DNA from: an uncultured virus (IMG/VR IMGVR_UViG_3300032456_000001)
Lineage: Duplodnaviria; Heunggongvirae; Uroviricota; Caudoviricetes
Reading direction: 5' to 3' (one strand)
DNA: 64,000 bases
IMG/VR virus record: IMGVR_UViG_3300032456_000001
Shown: positions 41,469 to 50,007 of the stretch, one piece after another
How positions within the stretch are numbered: the first letter of the stretch is position 1
Layout: every line of letters begins with the position of its first letter
The notes under the pieces: model-generated
The model's input: the letters and a program-made list of their open reading frames with translations, nothing else
The model's database searches: none
Told to the model about the DNA's origin: nothing
Translations under genes and position numbers: made by a program

Positions 41469-41961
41469 CTTCTGGAAGGGAAAGGTTGAGCCAGATACCG
41501 CGCGAAGAATCTTAGGATACTGGAAAGAATTCAACTCGAACGACAGTGACGTGGGAGACTTGTTCAAGTCGTTTGAGTGTGACAATGACCAGTTGGTAGT
41601 AGTCCGAGATATCAATTATCAAAGTATGTGTGAACATCACCTACTCCCTTTCTACGGAAAGGTACACATCGGTTACATCCCAACCGGTCGCGTACTGGGG
41701 CTTAGTAAGTTCGGGCGAATCGTAACCCACTTTGCGAAAAATCCACAGCTTCAAGAGCGACTTACTCAGCAAATTGGTACAGCCATTATGGATAACCTGT
41801 CTCCGCTAGGAGTTATCGTAGTGACGGAGGGTGTTCACACCTGCATGATTGCGCGAGGCATTCTGAAGCAAGATTCCAGCACTAGAACAAGCTTTATTTC
41901 CGGCGTATTTAAGAGCGATGCGAGTGCAAGACAGGAAGCTCTGAATTTGATTCTTCACTAA
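41395..41961 (+). CDS. folE: GTP cyclohydrolase I
   Basis: SMCEHHLLPFYG, GLSKFGR, QLQERLT, HTCMIARG. Confidence 0.95.
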   Translation: MKPALQAVTTHPNQSQVLLEALLINFWKGKVEPDTARRILGYWKEFNSNDSDVGDLFKSFECDNDQLVVVRDINYQSMCEHHLLPFYGKVHIGYIPTGRVLGLSKFGRIVTHFAKNPQLQERLTQQIGTAIMDNLSPLGVIVVTEGVHTCMIARGILKQDSSTRTSFISGVFKSDASARQEALNLILH

Positions 41962-41976
41962 ACAAGGAACTAAGTC

Positions 41977-42666
41977 ATGTCGAAGGCATTAATAGTATTA
42001 TCCGGTGGTCAAGATTCAACGACGTGCGCGGTCATCGCTAAACAGCAATTTGATGAAGTTTTTGCCGTCACGTTTAACTATGGACAAAAGCATTTAACCG
42101 AGGTGCAGTCGGCTATAAAAATAGCAGATTTCTTGTCGATTCCATTAGAAATTATCGACTTAGGTTCTTCCATCTTGAAAGGGAGTTCTCCGCTAATAAG
42201 TAGCAGCGCACTTGGGCTTTACGACAGTCCAGAAGAATTGCCATCGGGAGTAGAGCCGACTTTTATTAGCGGTCGTAATACCTTGTTCTTGACCGTAGCA
42301 GCTAATCGAGCTGATTGCTTGGGAATTACAGATATTTTTACGGGTGTATGCCAAGCAGACTTTGCGGGTTATTGGGATTGTAGGCAAGTCTTTATTGACA
42401 AGATACAAACCGCGTTGAATGAGGGTTTTTACGGAGAGGAAAAGTTTAAAATCCATACGCCGCTAATGGATTTAACCAAAGCAGAATCAGTACAACTCGC
42501 TCACGAAATATTAGGCGCGGAAAAGTTTAACGAGCTTTTCTCCCTAACTCATACCTGTTATGCCGGACAAAAAGGCGGCTGCGGAAAGTGCCACGCTTGC
42601 ATCTTACGGGATAAAGGGTTCACGGAGGCAGGGATTGCCGACCCTATCTGGCAGTTCAGAAAATAA
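41977..42666 (+). CDS. queC: 7-cyano-7-deazaguanine (preQ0) synthase
   Basis: LSGGQDSTTC, FNYGQKH, RNTLFL, YWDCR, TCY..CGKCHAC. Confidence 0.95.
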   Translation: MSKALIVLSGGQDSTTCAVIAKQQFDEVFAVTFNYGQKHLTEVQSAIKIADFLSIPLEIIDLGSSILKGSSPLISSSALGLYDSPEELPSGVEPTFISGRNTLFLTVAANRADCLGITDIFTGVCQADFAGYWDCRQVFIDKIQTALNEGFYGEEKFKIHTPLMDLTKAESVQLAHEILGAEKFNELFSLTHTCYAGQKGGCGKCHACILRDKGFTEAGIADPIWQFRK

Positions 42667-42685
42667 ATAGGAGTAGGTTGATAGT

Positions 42686-43882
42686 ATGTTGATTTACTTT
42701 GCGGGTGCAGTCTAGGGACAAACGCATCCATAAGGAAATTTATGGCTCTGGATTAGTTTTAAATCATTTATCGACCTATGCAGACTTGCCCGAAGTAACG
42801 GCAAAAATATCTTCAATGTTTCTACACTTGACGGACACAACTGCAAGAATACAAGGGAACTTAAGTTGCAAAGCTTAATGGGAGAACAAAGTTATGCAAA
42901 TTCTCTCTATAGCTTCGCCTATCCCAATCAAAGAGAACAATGGGAAGAGTATTATAGTATGTTGATTCATCTTGCCGATGCCACTCCAGAGAGAGGGCAG
43001 TATCAATCGTTGGTGGATGTGAAATTTCCCTGCCACTTAATGAGCTTCGCTTACCGGAATCAAGCTTTTGAAGGGTTTACAAAGACTTGGAATATGTTAA
43101 TTCATCTTGCTAGACATTCTGCTACTAAAGCCACAGAACAAGTGAAAATTAATCATCAATCTCACCTGACAACTTTTGCAGACAAGCAAGAGATATCGAA
43201 CTTGTTCGACACCTGCGTCAACGACAGATTACTACCAAGAATACTCATAGATTCTGGCGCTTTTACTGCTTACACGACGGGCAAAGTGATTACTGTAAAA
43301 GAGTATGGAACATGGGCGCTAGAGTTCAAGAAACAGTGGGAGTGCAAAGTAAAGAGTTTACGCTTCTTCAACTTGGATGTAATCGGTTCTCAAGAAAAGT
43401 CCGATATCAACCTACACAGATTAGAGCAAATGGGTTTAGAACCTATTCCAATCTTCACTTATGATGCGGATATCAAACACTTAATTTACTACTTAGAAAA
43501 CTACGAATATATAGGCTTTGGAGGGCTGGTAGGCAGAAGCCCCGCGGTCGTTATGAAATGGTTGGATTATTGTTACAAACAAGTCAATAATCACTACAAG
43601 AAAACAGGGACTTTAAGAAAGACCCACTTGCTAGGAATTACAAAACAACAAATACTAGAGCGTTATCCGTTATATAGCTGTGACAGTAGCGGATGGGTTG
43701 CCTGCTTGCGGTTTGGTCGTGGTAAAGCAATAGGAAAGTCAAAGATTCCAAGATATAACGAGTCACCAGAAGCGCTGAAGATTACGATAGTAACGCTAAG
43801 AGCCGAGATTGAGAAGTACAAGAAGTTGCAAGACGACGTTACGAAGTTATGGGCAAAGAGAGGGGTTGTGTGGGACGAGTAG
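42686..43882 (+). CDS. TGT-fold DpdA-like deazaguanine insertase with tandem N-terminal cassettes (continuous frame 42866-43882; first two cassettes frameshifted)
   Basis: ILIDSGAF, NLDVIG, PIPIF, IGFGGLV, HLLG, SCDSSGW; last gene of the preQ0 operon. Confidence 0.75.
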
Positions 43883-44076
43883 TTTCAATCCAAAACAAAA
43901 GAGCGAGATTGTTCCCACTCTTTTGCCCTACCAGATAATTATCCTGTTTGGGTTTCCCCGCATCTTTCGATTTTTCAGGATTGCTGTCTTACGACTAGCT
44001 TCAAGCTGCTTTCGCTACACTCGCTTTCTTGAGTCAAAGCTCACAGGTAATGGGGTGAAAGCTCCCTACCTTTATA
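43882..44076 (-). ncRNA. Putative tracr/omega-like guide scaffold RNA
   Basis: Minus-strand promoter TTTACA(44110-44105)-N17-TATCTT(44087-44082); several hairpins; internal CAATCCTGA anti-repeat; ends GGATTGAAAC, the last 10 nt of the CRISPR repeat. Confidence 0.6.
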
Positions 44077-44134
44077 TTGCTAAGATAACATGATATACTG
44101 AGCTTGTAAAGCCCTTCGCAAAAGATTTTCAATT

Positions 44135-45970
44135 ATGCTCACACTAGAATTTAAATGTTTTCCATCTCTCGAACAGAAAGAAAAAATAGAAAAGTGGTTG
44201 CAAATTTCTAAGTCTGTGTGGAATTGTGGATTGTCAGCCTTAGAAGATTTTGAAACAAATTATTACTACTACAAAGCTACAAACGGTTTAGACGGTAAAG
44301 AGAGTGGCGGGTACGCTCCATGCTGTCGATTACCTTGGAAGTATTGGAGTCACCTTGTAGATGAGGAAGGTGCAATCGTTTCAAAAGACAAGGGTAAGTC
44401 AATAATCCAAGCGCCCTACAGTGTCATTTACGATGATAAGTCTCATTGGTATATCCGAGAGTTGAAGCGGGTAAAGGTTCCGCAGCCAGCAGAGAAGAAA
44501 GAATCTTGGGGCTGGCAGAACTCAGAACATGGGTCGGTTACTGGTTACAGTTGCCCTTTGTCGGTTGACTTCACTGAAACGTTGATTTCTAAGCCTGGTT
44601 TGCAACAGGCGGGCGGGTTAGGTCAAGTCATCAAAGGGGACAACCTAACAGCACACCGCGAATTTATGACAGAAATGCCGTACAAGTTTCGCTCTGGGGC
44701 TCTTGCTGGATTAGATACTAGCTGGCAAGAGTACACAAAGTCAAGAGCCGGGGTTCAGAACGGTGCAAAGAAGGGGCGACCTCGGTTTAAACGCAGACGT
44801 GACAAGGTTGCAACCCTGGTTCACAACAACCCAAAAGGTGTCATCGTTCCCAAGGTAAACTCTCAATCTCTAATAGGTATACCAGGTCTTCGTGAATTGC
44901 GACTAAAAGGACTAGCACGTCGGTGGAAAAATCCAGACGGCACAATTCCAGAAATTGCCGCCTTCAAAATATGCCAATACGCTTCAGGCTTCTATGTTCA
45001 ATTAACGGGCGAGTTGGTTCGGGGGCGACGCATCAAACAAACAACTAAGTCGATAGGAATCGACCCTGGACTAGACAGCTTTATCAGTTTAAGCAACGGC
45101 AAGCAGTACGGAAATCCGCGTTACTACCGGAACGCTCAAATTAAATTAGCGGAGCTTCAGAAAGAACTAGCTAACAAAATGACTCACCGACTGATTCTCT
45201 GGTTAAATCATCCTGAACGGCGACACAAAGACATCAAAGCTCTTATTAATTGCTCACCTGACAAAGCCAAAAAACTTTGTGAAATCAAAAGTGAATCTGA
45301 AGGTGTTGCCCTAATCGGAGGGATGTACTGGCAAAAGTTAAAGTGGAACTGTCAAGCACCTTCAAGTGAACAGAAAAAGATTCAGAATCGGATTGGCAAA
45401 CTACACGAGAAGATTAAACGTCAACGCAAGGGATTCAACCAAAAGCTTAGCTCTGAGATTGTAACCAACTATCAATTTATTTCCTGTGAAAACGGGCTGC
45501 AATCACAAAATCTTCGAGCACAAGCTAAGCCACAAGAAGATACAGAGAAAGGTGGCTACAAGAAAAACCGGAAAGCTCAAAAAACTGGGTTAGCAAAGTC
45601 GTTATCTGACGCGGGACACGGCGATTTCATTGCACAACTAGAACAGAAATCTGCACGTGACGGACGTACTTTTTTGAGAAATCCGGCTGCCTACACTTCG
45701 CAAACTTGCCCAGTCTGCCTAAACAAGATGGCGTCAATGAGTGACCCTAAAATTAAATTGTATGAATGTACCTGCGGCTGGAAGTGTCACCGTGATATCA
45801 ATGCGGCGGTCAACGATGAACTAGCACTGTTCACAGGATTGGTAGCAACAAAGAAAGCGAAAAAATGGGGCGAATTAAGCCTTGAACTTCTACAGAAGGA
45901 AGTTTCAATTGGTTTGTCTAAGTGGGCGTTACAGGCAAAAACAAAAAGGATAGATTTATTATCCCGGTGA
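44135..45970 (+). CDS. Enlarged TnpB-like / compact type V (Cas12-like) RuvC effector, 611 aa
   Basis: TnpB-like N-terminus (LEFKCFPSLEQ...VWN), GRPRFK, RuvC-I GIDPG, RuvC-II ISCEN, Zn finger CPVC/CTCG, RuvC-III HRDINAAVN; CRISPR repeats begin 9 bp after the stop. Confidence 0.85.
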   Translation: MLTLEFKCFPSLEQKEKIEKWLQISKSVWNCGLSALEDFETNYYYYKATNGLDGKESGGYAPCCRLPWKYWSHLVDEEGAIVSKDKGKSIIQAPYSVIYDDKSHWYIRELKRVKVPQPAEKKESWGWQNSEHGSVTGYSCPLSVDFTETLISKPGLQQAGGLGQVIKGDNLTAHREFMTEMPYKFRSGALAGLDTSWQEYTKSRAGVQNGAKKGRPRFKRRRDKVATLVHNNPKGVIVPKVNSQSLIGIPGLRELRLKGLARRWKNPDGTIPEIAAFKICQYASGFYVQLTGELVRGRRIKQTTKSIGIDPGLDSFISLSNGKQYGNPRYYRNAQIKLAELQKELANKMTHRLILWLNHPERRHKDIKALINCSPDKAKKLCEIKSESEGVALIGGMYWQKLKWNCQAPSSEQKKIQNRIGKLHEKIKRQRKGFNQKLSSEIVTNYQFISCENGLQSQNLRAQAKPQEDTEKGGYKKNRKAQKTGLAKSLSDAGHGDFIAQLEQKSARDGRTFLRNPAAYTSQTCPVCLNKMASMSDPKIKLYECTCGWKCHRDINAAVNDELALFTGLVATKKAKKWGELSLELLQKEVSIGLSKWALQAKTKRIDLLSR

Positions 45971-46012
45971 AATCTTTCGTTTTAATTCCTAGTAGGGATT
46001 GGAGATTATTGC

Positions 46013-46837
46013 GTTTCAATCCCTAGTGGGGGTTTAGGTTGATTGCGACCTTTCTGTTGGTGTTAACAAAAAGGTAGTTAGAATGTTTCAATCCCTGATA
46101 GGGGTTTAGGTTGATTGCGACGTTAATGTCGAAGAAGGCCGCGACCGAGTTCGTTTCGTTTCAATCCCTGATAAGGGGTTTAGGTTGATTGCGACGATTG
46201 AGGGATGCTGAGGTATTGTTCGCGTTTTGTTTCAATCCCTGATAGGGGTTTAGGTTGATTGCGACCCGGCTTAGGGCCTGACTGGTCGCGTAAGTAACCG
46301 TTTCAATCCCTGATAGGGGTTTAGGTTGATTGCGACCGCAGAAAGCTAAGTCCACAGCAGCTTTACTCTTGCCGTTTCAATCCCTGATAGGGGTTTGGGT
46401 TGATTGCGACCCGACAGGTTTCCGCTCATCACCAAAAACTACTGTTTCAATCCCTGATAGGGGTTTAGGTTGATTGCGACGCTGGCAAGGTGAGGTAAGT
46501 GTTCTGAAACAGATGTTTCAATCCCTGATAGGGGTTTAGGTTGATTGCGACGCAAGGAAGTTAGCGAGAATTCGGCAGAGTTCGCAGTTTCAATCCCTGA
46601 TAGGGGTTTAGGTTGATTGTGACTTACCGGGCATTGGAGCATCGGAGAGCACGGAGAAGTTTCAATCCCTGATAGGGGTTTAGGTTGATTGCGACGGCAG
46701 AAAACTGGAATGGGTGAGTACAACTGGGAGGTTTCAATCCCTGATAGGGGTTTAGGTTGATTGCGACGCAATCCGGGATATGCAGCCAAGAAAAATATCA
46801 GTTTCAATCCCTAGTAGGAATTTAGCTTGATTGCGAC
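46013..46837 (-). CRISPR. CRISPR array: 12 repeats (37 bp, GTCGCAATCAACCTAAACCCCTATCAGGGATTGAAAC on minus strand), 11 spacers of 33-37 bp, plus a degenerate repeat at 45979-46013
   Basis: Repeat starts on + at 46013, 46085, 46158, 46229, 46300, 46374, 46444, 46515, 46587, 46659, 46731, 46801; all spacers differ. Confidence 0.98.
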
Positions 46838-46993
46838 CGCCGACGTGTGAAATCGTTGGTGTATCTAGTTTTCAAGGTTGCGTTGCGTCAAACCGACTCC
46901 CGCAATTGCAAAAGTGTTATGGAAAGATTGAATATTATTTAGTTTTCGTGGTTCGGTTAAGTCCATTGTAATCGAAGATGCGAATCCTGTCAA
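46838..46993 (-). promoter_or_regulatory. CRISPR leader and promoter
   Basis: Minus strand TTGACA(46993-46988)-N17-TACAAT(46970-46965); leader contains ACCTTGAAAAC, as recalled from cyanobacterial leaders. Confidence 0.75.
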
Positions 46994-47007
46994 CCCAATT
47001 TTCTAAT

Positions 47008-47107
47008 AAAAAAACCCGCTTTCGCAGGCTTGAGATGAAAACCACTTCAAATGAAAACACACTAAAACCGCTACTCACTGCACGCAATTGCCGTAAACGT
47101 ATCGATT
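47008..47107 (-). ncRNA. Putative ~100-nt trans-acting sRNA
   Basis: TTGACG(47142-47137)-N17-TATTAT(47119-47114) promoter, GAAA-loop terminator with U run, no ORF, central segment complementary to early-gene leaders. Confidence 0.6.
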
Positions 47108-47147
47108 GATTTAATAATAGCAGGTTAATAAGAATACGTCAAGTATC

Positions 47148-47175
47148 AAAAAAACCCGGTGTGACTGCCGGGTTG
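47148..47175 (-). terminator. Intrinsic terminator after the BRO gene
   Basis: aacccggcagtcacaccgggttttttt on minus strand. Confidence 0.7.
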
Positions 47176-47205
47176 GTGGGTAAGATTTGAGCGTATTAAT
47201 TGCAT

Positions 47206-47544
47206 TTAATCAAGCCACTCAAGGGAATAACTGTTAGTTCTGAATACAACCGGAAAGACCACAAGTATCGCCCACTTGCGGAACTCTTTAGCCTCTGGTT
47301 TTTCATTTGAGGAAACTAAGACAAGCATTCCAGACTCTGAAATTACCGACATATCTTGATTGCCTTCAAGGGTGTCCACAGAAGCAATACTTTTCTTGCC
47401 TTCATCTAAAAGGCTCAATGCTTGACTAACATTTTCAAGACCTAAAATGACACAAACGTCATTAGCCACAAACCAAGGCAGTCCTTCAATAGTAACTACT
47501 CGAACTTGTTGAGTATTAAAGTCAAACTCTGTTAGATCAGTCAT
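47206..47544 (-). CDS. BRO-N domain (antirepressor-like) protein
   Basis: VRVVTIEGLPWFVANDVC, ISESGM, KPEAKEFRKW. Confidence 0.9.
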   Translation of the reverse strand: MTDLTEFDFNTQQVRVVTIEGLPWFVANDVCVILGLENVSQALSLLDEGKKSIASVDTLEGNQDMSVISESGMLVLVSSNEKPEAKEFRKWAILVVFPVVFRTNSYSLEWLD

Positions 47545-47590
47545 AGATGTTGTACTTCTTTTATTAAAAGTAAAAATAGAGTTCTACAAT

Positions 47591-47935
47591 TTACTCTAAA
47601 TTTAACTTGTTTTTCATCCTCGCCAATTTACCGTCAACCAAAGCTTCTTGGTTGTCAATCCATCCCCGCGCCTCGATTCTTGACTCTTCCGTATTAAAAC
47701 AGTAATCACCCTTAGATAACAAGATGTCACCGAAATATATTGAGTAACTACACGTGTAGTATTCGCTTCTCATTGCATTAACCTTAATAGTACACAGTTT
47801 GTATTGAGACACAGAAACTTCGTTTGTTGCGTTACAAAGAGACAGGCGACCTCTTCTCTTGAGGTTTTCAATTGCAGCGTTATTCACAGCCGCAAGTATA
47901 ACTGTTGGTAATGACCGAAACATTTTAGATAACAT
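47591..47935 (-). CDS. Hypothetical protein
   Basis: 114-aa ATG ORF. Confidence 0.4.
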   Translation of the reverse strand: MLSKMFRSLPTVILAAVNNAAIENLKRRGRLSLCNATNEVSVSQYKLCTIKVNAMRSEYYTCSYSIYFGDILLSKGDYCFNTEESRIEARGWIDNQEALVDGKLARMKNKLNLE

Positions 47936-48148
47936 AGATTTAAATTGACCTTCACTAGGGGTTAATGTCTTTGAATCTGCGGTTTTGTGCTATCCAGTAA
48001 TCTAACGCTACTGGCACATTGTTGGGCATCGGCGGTATTGAATTATATTGGCAAGAGATTCACCCATGCCAAGTAGTTAATTACATTACTTGGCAAGACA
48101 AGCTCACAGCCGGAACAGAGAGAGAGAGAAGATATGCACATTCCTATT

Positions 48149-49198
48149 TCAAGAAATGCAATCTATGTCCGCAATTAGTGGAAATAGTTCTTTTTTTATT
48201 GCGTGAAGTTGCTTTAAGTCCACTTCATTTAAAAAATGAAATAAAGCAGTCTGACAGTATTGAATAATAAGAGTCTGAGTCTTGACAGACCATACTCGCC
48301 CCCCTTTTGAATCTCTGTCTGCTCGTAAATCAGAGAGTTTGCCATTGAATAACACGGCGGCATTGTCTATATTGCCTCGCTCCACTCTCTTGTTTTTCAC
48401 GCAAGCACAGAATTCTTTCAGCCTGTCTCTTTCTTCAGTGCGACAATAATAAGCTTTAGCAATCACCGCTAAGACACCTCCCATATTCCAGATCCCATTA
48501 CCTGCTAGATTGTTAACAGCAAACTCTAGCCCGTTCCTGTATTTGCCAAGAAAGATAACTAGGTCTTCTGTTGCAGTCTTTTTGGGATGATAGACACGAG
48601 CATCGCTAAGCTTGGCTTGCATAAAAGCAGCCGCTGACGTATGCTTAGAGTCTACCCAAGTTAAGCCATACATTCTTGAAACGTCCACGGTAGTACGTTT
48701 ACGACCTCGGTCAATATTTGTCGAGACAGTATCTGGAAGCCCTATTATCACAACAAAACGCTGAGAGGATTTGGCTCTCACTACCGCACTAAGCCTGTGC
48801 TGTCCATCAATCAAATAACCCGTATTTGAGAAAATTAATGGAGCCGAAAGACCCCATCGGCCTTCTTTCATCAGCTTAGAGTAATCCAAGATGAATCCTT
48901 CACCCACTGGTCGATTATTTTCCATGTTTAGGGATAATAATTCTTCAGCTAGTTTTGGAGAGATTTCAGCAATAAATAATTCAACTCCGTCAAAATAGTC
49001 AGCCCCAGTATCAGTCTCGGCTTCTTGAATCAAAGCTCTAGTTCGCTCAAAACTGACTTCTTTGCCTGTATTTAGGTCTTCGTCCGAAAACAGGTCGGGG
49101 AATGCGTCTTCCAGGCTTGATTCTCCATTATTGGCAAGTCTTTTAGGCTCGTCGTCTTCACCCCAAACAAAGCTAGTTGCCGACTCGATATTTTTCAT
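48149..49198 (-). CDS. ParB-like N-terminal domain protein
   Basis: ISPKLAEELL, NNRPV, LIDGQHRLSAV, IDRGRKR. Confidence 0.8.
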   Translation of the reverse strand: MKNIESATSFVWGEDDEPKRLANNGESSLEDAFPDLFSDEDLNTGKEVSFERTRALIQEAETDTGADYFDGVELFIAEISPKLAEELLSLNMENNRPVGEGFILDYSKLMKEGRWGLSAPLIFSNTGYLIDGQHRLSAVVRAKSSQRFVVIIGLPDTVSTNIDRGRKRTTVDVSRMYGLTWVDSKHTSAAAFMQAKLSDARVYHPKKTATEDLVIFLGKYRNGLEFAVNNLAGNGIWNMGGVLAVIAKAYYCRTEERDRLKEFCACVKNKRVERGNIDNAAVLFNGKLSDLRADRDSKGGRVWSVKTQTLIIQYCQTALFHFLNEVDLKQLHAIKKELFPLIADIDCIS

Positions 49199-49499
49199 GG
49201 TAGATTAGATTAGGTAAATTAACACCCACCCAAGAACATCTAAACTCTCTTGGGTGGTTTTTTCTATATTACACGATTACTTGGGTGATGACAAGCTTTT
49301 CTTGATTTATTTTAAGTTCGCTCGCTCGCTTTTTGCATCATGCGCTAGTGTTTGTCTAGTAATAAAATGATGTTTACGCTTTCTGTTTACGAATTTCATA
49401 AAGAGTCTTTTGTAATATTTGCAATCAAGCGGAATCCTTACAGCGTAACAGTTGCAGCAACAATTCACAAAACCTCACTTCAAGATAATGAACTATGCA

Positions 49500-49552
49500 A
49501 CACACTATTTGTTAACACTTTTGTTTACAGATTGTTTACAGATTGTTTACGG
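49500..49552. repeat. Tandem 10-bp repeats TTGTTTACAG upstream of the replicase
   Basis: ttgtttacag-attgtttacag-attgtttacgg, plus ttgttaacac. Confidence 0.6.
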
Positions 49553-50007
49553 TCACGTCTTACTTAAACCGTCTTGCACTCTACCGCAAACACGAGAAAG
49601 CAACATACTAAGTGTGTTACGAAGCTATTGAATAAAACCATATTTAATAGTAATTATTTACAGAGACTCTTGTATTTAATATAGAAACCTGATAAAATTA
49701 ACTTGTGTTGAGCAGTTGAACCGTGTCTTTGCCCGCAGCTAGCGCTTTGAGACTGCTCTCACATCAAAAAGCAACCCGCCCACAAACGAATTGCTTTTTG
49801 AGTTTATTTTTCCCGTACATCCTAACTTTGTTGAAGTCTTAACGGAACAAACAAAATTAGGGCTAGCCGTAAATCGGCATCTGTAACTTATATGATAGCT
49901 TATACTTTGCCTCTTGGCAACATCTTTCTCGAAAAACTTGAAACTTTTTTCTGTAGCTCTAGCTTAGCACAATATACCCAAGGTAATCAAGTAATTGGGG
50001 GTATATT

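Noticed and set aside
42686..43260. Diversity-generating retroelement or invertase shufflon behind the cassettes
   Set aside because: No reverse transcriptase or recombinase in the window; units are direct and not A-specific variants
43809..44093. 94-aa plus-strand ORF
   Set aside because: Overlaps the upstream gene, has a weak start, and spans the predicted structured RNA
44135..45970. Cas12k / CAST
   Set aside because: RuvC acidic residues are intact, no tnsB/tnsC/tniQ, and the repeat does not end GGGTTGAAAG
46050..46800. Self-targeting spacers
   Set aside because: No convincing match seen by eye (only a 10-nt tttcttggct overlap); a proper alignment is needed
46161..46807. ORFs 46161-46355 and 46439-46807 with repeated RNQPKPLSGIET
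   Set aside because: Translations of CRISPR repeats
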